Shown piece by piece: positions 40,473-49,085 of a DNA stretch of 64,000 nt. The DNA is from Spirochaetia bacterium (GTDB taxonomy: Bacteria; Spirochaetota; Spirochaetia; UBA9216). The notes under the pieces are model-generated. The model saw nothing but the letters and a program-made list of their open reading frames with translations. It had not been told where the DNA came from and did not search any database. Each line of letters begins with the position of its first letter. The first letter of the stretch is position 1. The position numbers were made by a program, and so were the translations under genes. The stretch is from positions 224,001 through 288,000 of the forward strand of contig CAXXYH010000003.1 of NCBI GenBank assembly GCA_963677925.2. The letters are read 5' to 3'.

Positions 40473-41555
40473 ATGTCAGATCATTTATACCTGAAACATA
40501 GCCCTCTAAACCATCTTCATCTTGAACACAACGCCCGTATGACAGCGTTTACCGGCTGGTCACTGCCTCTTCACTACGGTTCCATCATAGCGGAACATAA
40601 CTATACAAGGAAGGCTGCATCAATATTTGATATCAGCCATATGGGTGAAATTATCATTGAAGGCAGCACTGCAGAAGAAGAGCTCAACAGACTGTTTACA
40701 CGTGATATAAAACAAATTCCCGTCAATTCCTGCCGTTACGGATTCATGCTCAATAACGATGGTTTTACAATCGATGATCTTATTTTATACAGATTTTCAT
40801 CAAATAAATTTATGGCCGTTGTAAATTCATCCCGCATTGATGAAGATTTTGAGTGGCTGCTTTCAAATTTATCATCTGAAAATAATGTAATTAATATTTC
40901 TGACGATACCGTCAAACTTGATTTACAGGGACCTGATTCAATAAAAGCAGTTTCACAGATATTTGAATCAAAGGATTTACAGGATTTAATGCGGTTCTCA
41001 TTTACTGAAATTGATTATGAAAGTTTTCATATAATCATCAGCAGAACCGGATATACCGGCGAGGATGGTTTTGAATTATACATACCGGTTGAGGCCGGAG
41101 GACTTTTATGGACCAGATTTATAGAAAATACTGTTGTTAAACCAGCCGGACTGGGTGCAAGAGACAGCCTTAGACTTGAAAAGGGGTATTCTCTATACGG
41201 ACATGAGCTTTCACTTAAAATATCTCCTTCTGAAGCAAATCTTATGCATTTTGTCGACATGGAAAAAGATTTTATTGGAAAAAAAGCACTCACTGATATT
41301 GAAAATAAAGGACCTGACGTCATAATTACACCTTTTATCTGCGAAGGCAGACAGACTGCAAGGGATGATTACGAAATCTATCTGGATAAAAGAAGAATAG
41401 GAATTGTTACAAGCGGCTGTTTTTCACCAGTTCTTAAAAGAGGAATAGGACTTGCCCTCATAGACCGGCGATATTATGATAAGAATTTAAATATAACATG
41501 TGTGAATGAGGATATAAGCATAAAAGCGGAAATTGCCAGACTTCCGTTTGTTTAA
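40473..41555 (+). CDS. gcvT: Glycine cleavage T protein
   Basis: FDISHMG, LQGP, SRTGYTGEDGFE, GLGARDSLRLE. Confidence 0.96.
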   Translation: MSDHLYLKHSPLNHLHLEHNARMTAFTGWSLPLHYGSIIAEHNYTRKAASIFDISHMGEIIIEGSTAEEELNRLFTRDIKQIPVNSCRYGFMLNNDGFTIDDLILYRFSSNKFMAVVNSSRIDEDFEWLLSNLSSENNVINISDDTVKLDLQGPDSIKAVSQIFESKDLQDLMRFSFTEIDYESFHIIISRTGYTGEDGFELYIPVEAGGLLWTRFIENTVVKPAGLGARDSLRLEKGYSLYGHELSLKISPSEANLMHFVDMEKDFIGKKALTDIENKGPDVIITPFICEGRQTARDDYEIYLDKRRIGIVTSGCFSPVLKRGIGLALIDRRYYDKNLNITCVNEDISIKAEIARLPFV

Positions 41556-41566
41556 AAAAGGAGAAA

Positions 41567-41956
41567 ATGATGATACCCAAAGATCGACGATACACAAAGG
41601 AACATGAATGGATTATTACCGAAGGTGATACCGGAACTATTGGTATAACACAGCATGCCAGTGATGAACTTGGTGATATAACCTATGTTGAACTTCCCGC
41701 TCCAGGAACTTCATTCAGCGAGGGTGACAGCGTGGTAACGCTTGAGTCTGTGAAGGCAGTCAGTCCTGTCTACTGCCCGGCTACGGGAAGTGTAATCGAA
41801 ATCAACACAATGCTGGAAGATTCTCCGGAGCTGATAAATACAGACTGCTACAATCAAGGCTGGATAATAAAACTGAAGCTGACTTCAGGCTTAAAAGATC
41901 AGCTGCTTGATTCAGAAGAATATGAGGAATATCTGAAATCACTTGAAAATGAATAG
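41567..41956 (+). CDS. gcvH: Glycine cleavage H protein
   Basis: YTKEHEW, LGDITYVELP, ESVKAV lipoyl-Lys. Confidence 0.96.
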   Translation: MMIPKDRRYTKEHEWIITEGDTGTIGITQHASDELGDITYVELPAPGTSFSEGDSVVTLESVKAVSPVYCPATGSVIEINTMLEDSPELINTDCYNQGWIIKLKLTSGLKDQLLDSEEYEEYLKSLENE

Positions 41957-41965
41957 GAGTTCAAT

Positions 41966-43309
41966 ATGAGTTACATTCCAAACGGTGAATCCGGTAGAAA
42001 TAAAATGCTTGAATTCATTGGAGTGGAACATAATGAACTTGATAAATTATTCTCAATAATTCCACAGGAACTTCGGGCTGCAAGCTTTAATTTACCAGCC
42101 GGTAAATCCGAGTTCGAAGTAATAAGACAGTTAAAAGACCTTGGAAATAAAAACGTTCATAATCTTGTCTATTTTGTAGGCGGCGGATTTTATGATCATG
42201 AAATTCCATCTGCTGTTGATACACTCGTAAGCCGCGGAGAGTTTTTCACCGCCTACACACCGTATCAGCCGGAAGCCTCACAGGGGACTCTTCAGGCAAT
42301 ATATGAATACCAGAGCTGTATATGCGGGCTCACCGGTATGGATGTTGCGAATGCATCCCTGTATGACGGGGGAACCGCTTTATATGAAGCTATGATGATG
42401 GCTATAAGAGCCACCGGACGTAAAAAGGTGGTTATGGACGGCGGAGTAAATCCAATTTACCGGAAAATGATTAAAAGCTATTCAGAAAACCTATCAATTG
42501 ACTTCTATGAGGTTCCGGTCTGCCATGGACAGACCTGCAGAGAGGCCGTTGAAGCCTTTATTGACAATGAAACTGCGGCAGTAATAGTTCAAAATCCTAA
42601 TTTTTTCGGAGCTGTGGATGATCACACAGATATTGCAGAACTATGCCACAGCAAGGGCGCTCTGATTATTTCAAGTGTTTATCCGGTAAGCCTTGGAATG
42701 CTTAAACCGCCATCCCTGATGAATATCGACATAGTAACCGGCGAAGGTCAGTCGCTTGGTATTCCCCTGTCTTTTGGGGGACCATATCTCGGCTTTCTGG
42801 CAGCAAAACAGGAACTAGTCCGTAAAATGCCCGGGCGAATCTGCGGAAAGACGACAGACCGCAACGGCAGAGAAGGCTTTGTACTGACGCTGCAGACCAG
42901 GGAGCAGCATATCAGACGAGAAACTGCTAATTCCAATATTTGTTCAAATCAATCTCTCTGCGCGCTGCGCGCGGTAATATACATGTCTCTTCTGGGCTCA
43001 GAGGGACTGAAACAGCTTGCCGGCTTATGCCGTGATAAAACCGAATATCTCAAAGGAAGACTTTCTGCAATACCCGGAATAGAAGTAATGAAATCATCTC
43101 CCACCTTCAATGAGTTTACAGTAAAACTTCCGGTTAACGCAAATGAAGTAATCGGTTCACTTATTGAAAAAGGTATTGCTGCAGGATTTCCGCTTGGACG
43201 GTACTACGCCGAAATGCAGAATTATCTTTTAATCGCGGTTACTGAAAAAAGAACCAGACATGAACTTGCACTTTATGCAGATCTTCTGGAGGAGGCAGTA
43301 TGCAGCTGA
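41966..43309 (+). CDS. gcvPA: Glycine dehydrogenase subunit 1
   Basis: YTPYQPEASQG, NASLYDG, REQHIRRE..SNICSNQ. Confidence 0.96.
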   Translation: MSYIPNGESGRNKMLEFIGVEHNELDKLFSIIPQELRAASFNLPAGKSEFEVIRQLKDLGNKNVHNLVYFVGGGFYDHEIPSAVDTLVSRGEFFTAYTPYQPEASQGTLQAIYEYQSCICGLTGMDVANASLYDGGTALYEAMMMAIRATGRKKVVMDGGVNPIYRKMIKSYSENLSIDFYEVPVCHGQTCREAVEAFIDNETAAVIVQNPNFFGAVDDHTDIAELCHSKGALIISSVYPVSLGMLKPPSLMNIDIVTGEGQSLGIPLSFGGPYLGFLAAKQELVRKMPGRICGKTTDRNGREGFVLTLQTREQHIRRETANSNICSNQSLCALRAVIYMSLLGSEGLKQLAGLCRDKTEYLKGRLSAIPGIEVMKSSPTFNEFTVKLPVNANEVIGSLIEKGIAAGFPLGRYYAEMQNYLLIAVTEKRTRHELALYADLLEEAVCS

Positions 43310-44754
43310 TTTTTGAAAAATCAAACCCTGATCACCGGGGTATAAAACTCCCTGCATCCGATGTTCCTGCTGCAGAGAAACTTGAAGAACGTTATCTCAA
43401 CACTGCGCCTCCCAGGCTTCCAGCTCTTTCAGAATCAGAGGTTGTCAGGCACTATACAAGGCTTTCACAGCTTAATTTCAGTGTTGATACCAACTTCTAT
43501 CCCCTAGGTTCCTGCACCATGAAGTACAATCCCAGATTTACAGAAAAAATTGCATCGCTGGATAGTTTTGCCAGTCTGCATCCGCTTCAGCCGCAGCTTG
43601 TAAAAGGCGGAGTTCTGACCCAGGGTGCACTGCAGGTAATTTATGAACTTGAAAAGCAGCTCTCTGAAATAACCGGAATGGCAGCCTTCACTACCCAGCC
43701 AATGGCGGGAGCACACGGAGAATTAACCGGAGTAATGCTGATAGCAGCCTATCATAGACACAATAAAGTTAAGAAAGAAAATATCATAATCCCGGACTCC
43801 GGTCATGGAACGAATCCGGCCAGCGCAGCTATTGCAGGGTTTAAGGTTATAACTGTTAAATCTGATTCCGACGGTCTTATGGATATGGATGAATTCAAAA
43901 AGGTTCTTGATGAAAATACCGCAGGAGTTATGCTGACTTGTCCGAATACACTTGGAATCTTTAATCCCCATATCAGAGAAATAGCAGATCTGGCGCATTC
44001 TTTCGGGGCCCTTCTTTATTACGACGGTGCAAACATGAACGCTATCATGGGAAAGGCCCGTCCGGGAGATTTAGGATTTGATATAGTACATTTGAATTTG
44101 CATAAAACCTTTTCAACTCCTCACGGAGGCGGCGGTCCGGGAGCTGGGCCTGTAGGCGTTAAAGATTTCCTAATCGAGTTTCTTCCGACTTCAAGGATCT
44201 CAAAGCGTGAAGACGGTACATTTGCACTTGATTATCACAAACCTGAGTCAATCGGATATATCTCACCGTTTTATGGTAATTTCGGGATACTGCTGCGTGC
44301 ATACGCATACATTCTCTACATGGGAAGAGACGGCTTAATCGAAGTCAGTGAGAATGCTGTTCTGAATGCCAATTATCTGAAAAAAAAGCTGGAAAAAAGA
44401 TTCAGCATTCCTTATCCAGGAGGAACCCTGCATGAGTTTGTAATAAGTGCAAAGGATTATGCCTCAAAGGGTGTAAAGGCACTGGACTTTGCAAAGGCAC
44501 TTATTGATTACGGCATGCATCCACCTACTGTTTATTTCCCGCTGAACGTCCAGGAAGCACTTATGATAGAACCGACTGAAACAGAGAGTCCGGAAACACT
44601 TGATCAGTTTGCTGATGCACTGCTTGAGCTTTCTGAGAAAGCAGACCATGAATCTGCATTTTTTGAGTCATGTCCCCGAACAACTGTTGTTTCAAGACTG
44701 GATGAAGTTAAAGCGGTAAAACAGCTTGATATCAATTATTTTAAAGCCGAATAA
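43300..44754 (+). CDS. gcvPB: Glycine dehydrogenase subunit 2
   Basis: PLGSCTMKYNP, HGTNPASA, HLNLHKTFSTPHGGGGPG. Confidence 0.96.
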   Translation: MQLIFEKSNPDHRGIKLPASDVPAAEKLEERYLNTAPPRLPALSESEVVRHYTRLSQLNFSVDTNFYPLGSCTMKYNPRFTEKIASLDSFASLHPLQPQLVKGGVLTQGALQVIYELEKQLSEITGMAAFTTQPMAGAHGELTGVMLIAAYHRHNKVKKENIIIPDSGHGTNPASAAIAGFKVITVKSDSDGLMDMDEFKKVLDENTAGVMLTCPNTLGIFNPHIREIADLAHSFGALLYYDGANMNAIMGKARPGDLGFDIVHLNLHKTFSTPHGGGGPGAGPVGVKDFLIEFLPTSRISKREDGTFALDYHKPESIGYISPFYGNFGILLRAYAYILYMGRDGLIEVSENAVLNANYLKKKLEKRFSIPYPGGTLHEFVISAKDYASKGVKALDFAKALIDYGMHPPTVYFPLNVQEALMIEPTETESPETLDQFADALLELSEKADHESAFFESCPRTTVVSRLDEVKAVKQLDINYFKAE

Positions 44755-44790
44755 GTTGAAAACGGTACTTAAAGATCTTATTCTTGTTAT

Positions 44791-45141
44791 ATGGAACTGA
44801 TATTTGATGAAGCTGTACTGGATTTTAACAAGTTCCTTGGTTACAGCAGTGAAGACTTTTATGGCGGCAGCAGGCTAGGCAATTTCCTCGACAGATATCA
44901 TAATCTGCTTTTCAATCTTGAGCAGTCTATAATTACGCGGGAAAATGCAACAATCTGCAGGGCGGTTAGTGAAATCAGATCTTTTACAGAAAACAACGGA
45001 GGAACCCGTATAAGTTCTATTCTCGCTGAATACGAAAAACATTCTGCAATCGGTGATTATGTAAAAACCGGAAAGTTTGAATCATTCATCTTCGAAGAAC
45101 TTAATCTTTTCAAGGAGACTGTAATAAGTTCCTTCTGCTGA
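44791..45141 (+). CDS. Small helical protein resembling an HPt domain without the phospho-His
   Basis: 116 aa; pattern resembles HPt, with RAVSEIRSFTENNG where AAHxLKGxxxxxG is expected. Confidence 0.5.
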   Translation: MELIFDEAVLDFNKFLGYSSEDFYGGSRLGNFLDRYHNLLFNLEQSIITRENATICRAVSEIRSFTENNGGTRISSILAEYEKHSAIGDYVKTGKFESFIFEELNLFKETVISSFC

Positions 45142-45144
45142 ATA

Positions 45145-45169
45145 AAAAGGCCGGAACAACCGGCCTTTT
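45145..45169. terminator. Bidirectional intrinsic terminator
   Basis: AAAAGGCCGG-AACAA-CCGGCCTTTT between convergent genes. Confidence 0.85.
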
Positions 45170-45187
45170 ATAATTAAAAAATAACAA

Positions 45188-45697
45188 TTATCTCCAACTA
45201 TCAGGGGCAGTATCAGTGATTAATTCCTGCCCGGCTTTAAATCCTTCCAGATAGGCATCCCTGAATGCATCAGTATATCCCTGTTTGTAGCCTTCACTGT
45301 ATCCGTCATTATAACCATCATCATAGCTTGAGTAATCATCATAGCTCTCATCATAATCATCGAAGCCTTCGTAATCATCAATAGTGATATAGATTACATC
45401 TTCAGCCATGATATCAATCTCATATTTGGAATAATAGTCATCATCTATATCCACTGCCTGAAGATCATATAAAACGGCTTCAGCATCATACATATCAAGT
45501 GAAATTGTAATTTCATCACCGTAATACAGAATATCTCCCTCGAGAAAATCATCTCCCCAGTCATCATAGTCAGTTGGTGAAAAATAAAGACTGGTTATAT
45601 CGTATCCTGTATCGTTATTGATAGTTACAGTAACGTCCTGTCCGAAAACCAGCACAGCCGACAATACCAATAAACCTATAAAAAAAATCCGCTTCAT
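45188..45697 (-). CDS. Exported, very acidic Asp/Tyr-rich hypothetical protein
   Basis: Signal peptide; INNDTGYDI..LY.SP..WGDD.L domain; GYxxGYxxGY tail. Confidence 0.75.
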   Translation of the reverse strand: MKRIFFIGLLVLSAVLVFGQDVTVTINNDTGYDITSLYFSPTDYDDWGDDFLEGDILYYGDEITISLDMYDAEAVLYDLQAVDIDDDYYSKYEIDIMAEDVIYITIDDYEGFDDYDESYDDYSSYDDGYNDGYSEGYKQGYTDAFRDAYLEGFKAGQELITDTAPDSWR

Positions 45698-45800
45698 GAA
45701 TACTCCTAATATTATAATAATTTATTAATATGAAAGTTATTTGCCAATTCCATATATTAATTATATTATAATACTAAATTTTTATATAACGGGGAAATAA

Positions 45801-46574
45801 TTGATAAATTCTGAAGATATAAACGGAAAGATTTTATTCCAGACAGAAGGCCATCAGTTTATATGGCTTGGCGCCGATGAGGAAGAAGAAGTTGGTGTAG
45901 TACAGACCAATCAGTACCTTATTATAAATAACGGTCGGGGCACCCTTGTCGATCCCGGCGGAATTCACCTTTTTTCCAGGGTTGTAGCCCTTGTCAGTCA
46001 GTATATAGATCTCGATCACATTGATAATATTTTCTACTCGCATCAGGATCCGGATGTTTCCAGCGGTATAGCGCTGTGGCTGGGTGTTACACATGCTAAA
46101 ATCTATATTTCAGGTCTCTGGCTTAGATTTATTCCGCATTTCGGCATTGTTGATAACAGCAGAATTTCATCTATTGAAAATCTTGGCGGAAAGCTTAAAA
46201 TTTCACAGAACAAGGAACTGACTATGGTTCCTTCACATTTTCTTCACTCAACCGGATGTTATTCCTTTTTTGATGAAACATCAGGAATTCTATTCACAGG
46301 AGATATCGGCGCAGCGGTTTTCAAACCCGGGAACCAGTATCTTTTTGTGGAGGATTTTAATGAGCATATTAAGATTTGTGAGGGGTTCCACAAACGCTAT
46401 ATGAGCTCCAATAAAGTAATCAAGAAATGGATCAGCAAACTCAGCGGGATGAACATCAGTATGATAGCACCTCAGCATGGCGCCATTTATACAGGTGAAA
46501 ATGTCAACAAGTTTCTGGACTGGTTTTCCGGTCTAAGCTGCGGTATCGATATAATTGATGAGTTATACAACTAA
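45801..46574 (+). CDS. Oxygen-binding di-iron protein (ODP, MBL fold)
   Basis: [34 protein letters not shown]; no flavodoxin domain; followed by an MCP; TTGCCA-17-TATTAT promoter at 45741-45769. Confidence 0.85.
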   Translation: MINSEDINGKILFQTEGHQFIWLGADEEEEVGVVQTNQYLIINNGRGTLVDPGGIHLFSRVVALVSQYIDLDHIDNIFYSHQDPDVSSGIALWLGVTHAKIYISGLWLRFIPHFGIVDNSRISSIENLGGKLKISQNKELTMVPSHFLHSTGCYSFFDETSGILFTGDIGAAVFKPGNQYLFVEDFNEHIKICEGFHKRYMSSNKVIKKWISKLSGMNISMIAPQHGAIYTGENVNKFLDWFSGLSCGIDIIDELYN

Positions 46575-46591
46575 GGCAGGCTGGCTGGAAT

Positions 46592-47431
46592 ATGAATAAA
46601 TTTATTCGCAAAACACTGACTCTGCTGACAGTCGGATATAATAAGGGTATTATACTTTCCCGCATTACCCAGAATGCGATGAATATAATAACAAGAAAGA
46701 TTGCATCCATCCATAATGCCCTGGAAACTGTGGTTACCAGCTTTGAAGAGGTTCGTGCTACCTCTCAAAGTACTTCTGCCAATACCAAAAGCATTAACAA
46801 TGCTATGGACAGCATTATCGAGTCATCCACACTCATCAACAGGAATATTCAAAAGAATGTGAATGAAATTTCCACTGCGACTACGGAATCTGAAAAGATT
46901 TTTAAACTTTTCAATTCTCTGGAACAGCAGTCCTACAAGGTCAGGGAAATTACTGAAGCAATAGAAGATGTTGCACAGCAGACCAATATTCTGGCAATAA
47001 ATGCTTCAATCGAAGCTGCCCGTGCCGGAAATGCAGGACGGGGATTTCATATTATTGCAAAAGAAATTAGAAAACTTTCTGAACAGACTCAGGATTTTGC
47101 AACAACAATATCCGGCACCATAAATGAATTTAACAGCGGCATTAATAAAATACAGGAAAACTTCAACAAGCTCGTTCTGCTTCTCAACAGCTCACGTGAT
47201 GAACTTGCGAATACAAGTGAAACCTTTCAGCAGAACGAAAAAAGCCTTTCCGATTCCGGATACAGACTTGCCGAAATCAATGCCGCAGTCACAGAACAGA
47301 CTGAGGCAATGACCGACGGGTTAAAATCACTTGAAAAAGTATTTGCCCTTCTTAAGGATGCTAATTCAATTTCACAGACTCTTCATGCGTCTCAGGAATC
47401 ACTGGACAAACTTCTGGATAAGAAACTCTAA
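46592..47431 (+). CDS. Soluble methyl-accepting chemotaxis protein
   Basis: [33 protein letters not shown]; no TM or sensor domain. Confidence 0.92.
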   Translation: MNKFIRKTLTLLTVGYNKGIILSRITQNAMNIITRKIASIHNALETVVTSFEEVRATSQSTSANTKSINNAMDSIIESSTLINRNIQKNVNEISTATTESEKIFKLFNSLEQQSYKVREITEAIEDVAQQTNILAINASIEAARAGNAGRGFHIIAKEIRKLSEQTQDFATTISGTINEFNSGINKIQENFNKLVLLLNSSRDELANTSETFQQNEKSLSDSGYRLAEINAAVTEQTEAMTDGLKSLEKVFALLKDANSISQTLHASQESLDKLLDKKL

Positions 47432-48394
47432 TCAGGCTGCCCTTTCAGGGCGGTCTTTTTTAAGTGCAGAATATATTTCGGAAGTTGTCGGCAGCCGCTT
47501 AATTCTTCCGCCAGCATCCGCCTTAACCATACTTTTTAAAAGTGCCAGATGATCCTTTCTTAACACAATAAACTTTTCACCGATTTCAGAAAACGGCTGA
47601 TAAGTTCTTTGGAAACTTTTAAAACTGTAACTGAAATCCTGTGGAGTAACTGAGGGCAGGCTTTTCTGAATAATTTGAAGACGTTTAGTATCTATAGAAG
47701 TTTTTATCATATAAGCCCAGCAGTTATCCGCAACAGCCAGGTAGACTCCCGGGAATCCAAGCCTGAATTCTGCAAGTTCAAGGTGATTAATATTTGAAGG
47801 TCGGATATATGGCGGAAGAAAAAGAAAATCCGGGTCACAGGCTTTTTTAAATGAAAGGCTGTACTGTCTGTACTCTTTTTTATTATTACTGTCCGTACTT
47901 ACAGACTTTTTAAAATCATCAATTATTTCAGATTTCACGGAAACAAAATCATAGGATTCACAGTCAAATTTACCTTTGTCACTGGTTAAAAAATGTTCAA
48001 ACTCATCAAGCATTTCACCGGTAAATTTAATCAATGTACTGCTGTCAGCCCTGAAGGCTTCAGCATACCAGCATCTATGGGCATCATATGATTTACAAAT
48101 AAGGCTCTGATTTGGCATTGCATGAATAAGGCATTTTCCGCTGTCAGCATCAACAGACAGACACTTACGCCTTAAGTAAAGGTTCCATTCGCCGCTTTTT
48201 TTCAATACAGGGTATATATCCCTGAATACAGAACTTAACTGCAGGTTGACCATGTCAGAATAATTATTCAGTTTTAAAATATCCAGCGGAAGGTTTTTAC
48301 AGCAGGGAGTGCTATCACAAACTGTACATGGAGAAACACCCCAGACATCCTGTTTCACAGACAGGTTTGAAGGCAAGTTCAATTTTTGATTCAT
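47432..48394 (-). CDS. YkgJ-like cysteine-cluster protein
   Basis: CTVCDSTPCC..KCL..KCLIH..ICKSY. Confidence 0.6.
   Translation of the reverse strand: MNQKLNLPSNLSVKQDVWGVSPCTVCDSTPCCKNLPLDILKLNNYSDMVNLQLSSVFRDIYPVLKKSGEWNLYLRRKCLSVDADSGKCLIHAMPNQSLICKSYDAHRCWYAEAFRADSSTLIKFTGEMLDEFEHFLTSDKGKFDCESYDFVSVKSEIIDDFKKSVSTDSNNKKEYRQYSLSFKKACDPDFLFLPPYIRPSNINHLELAEFRLGFPGVYLAVADNCWAYMIKTSIDTKRLQIIQKSLPSVTPQDFSYSFKSFQRTYQPFSEIGEKFIVLRKDHLALLKSMVKADAGGRIKRLPTTSEIYSALKKDRPERAA
47434..47461 (+). terminator. Terminator of ODP-MCP inside the 3' end of the convergent CDS
   Basis: AGGCTGCCCT-TTC-AGGGCGGTCT followed by T run. Confidence 0.65.
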
Positions 48395-49038
48395 TAAATA
48401 TCAGCAATAAGCTCCTTGAGATTATTAAGTATATATACAGGACGGGTTTTCAGTTCATCAGGACTGTTCGGCCCCCATGAGGCAAATGCAGTATCTACTC
48501 CGGCACTGAATCCGCTTTTGATATCAAATTCTGCGTCACCAATAAAGAGCGCTTCTTCCCTCCCGGCATTGAAATAATCAAGCGCAAATAAAACCGGTTC
48601 AGGATCCGGTTTATGGTTTTCTGTTGATTCAGGAGTAACTACAAGATCAAATACACCTTCAAGCTTGAAGTGCTGTAAATATCTGTTAAGGGAATCAAGA
48701 GATCTTGAAGTAACCAGAGCTGTTTTTTTCTTCTTATCCTTTAGTATTTCTAAAATTTCAATAGTATCCGGAAACAGCTTCAAATATTCTCTGTAAATCT
48801 GTTTCTGATATTCCCTGTGAGAAGCAAGAATTTCATTCAGTTTCTCATCTGAAAAATCTTTAAAATACATTTTCATCTGCTGCATAATAGGTATACCTAC
48901 ATGCTTTGTAACATCTTTACGGTCAATTTCAAAATTACCGTATTTCAGACATGTGTAGCGGAAAGTCTGATAAATAAGCTCCATAGTATCAAGGAGAGTG
49001 CCGTCAACATCAAAAAAGTAGTACTGGTATTCTTTCAT
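48394..49038 (-). CDS. HAD-superfamily hydrolase (PpaX/Gph-like)
   Basis: FDVDGTLLD, VTS, KPDPEP, IGDAEFD. Confidence 0.9.
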   Translation of the reverse strand: MKEYQYYFFDVDGTLLDTMELIYQTFRYTCLKYGNFEIDRKDVTKHVGIPIMQQMKMYFKDFSDEKLNEILASHREYQKQIYREYLKLFPDTIEILEILKDKKKKTALVTSRSLDSLNRYLQHFKLEGVFDLVVTPESTENHKPDPEPVLFALDYFNAGREEALFIGDAEFDIKSGFSAGVDTAFASWGPNSPDELKTRPVYILNNLKELIADI

Positions 49039-49085
49039 TGCAGAGGAGTATAATTAATTTCCCTTTATTTTTCTATATCTGAATT

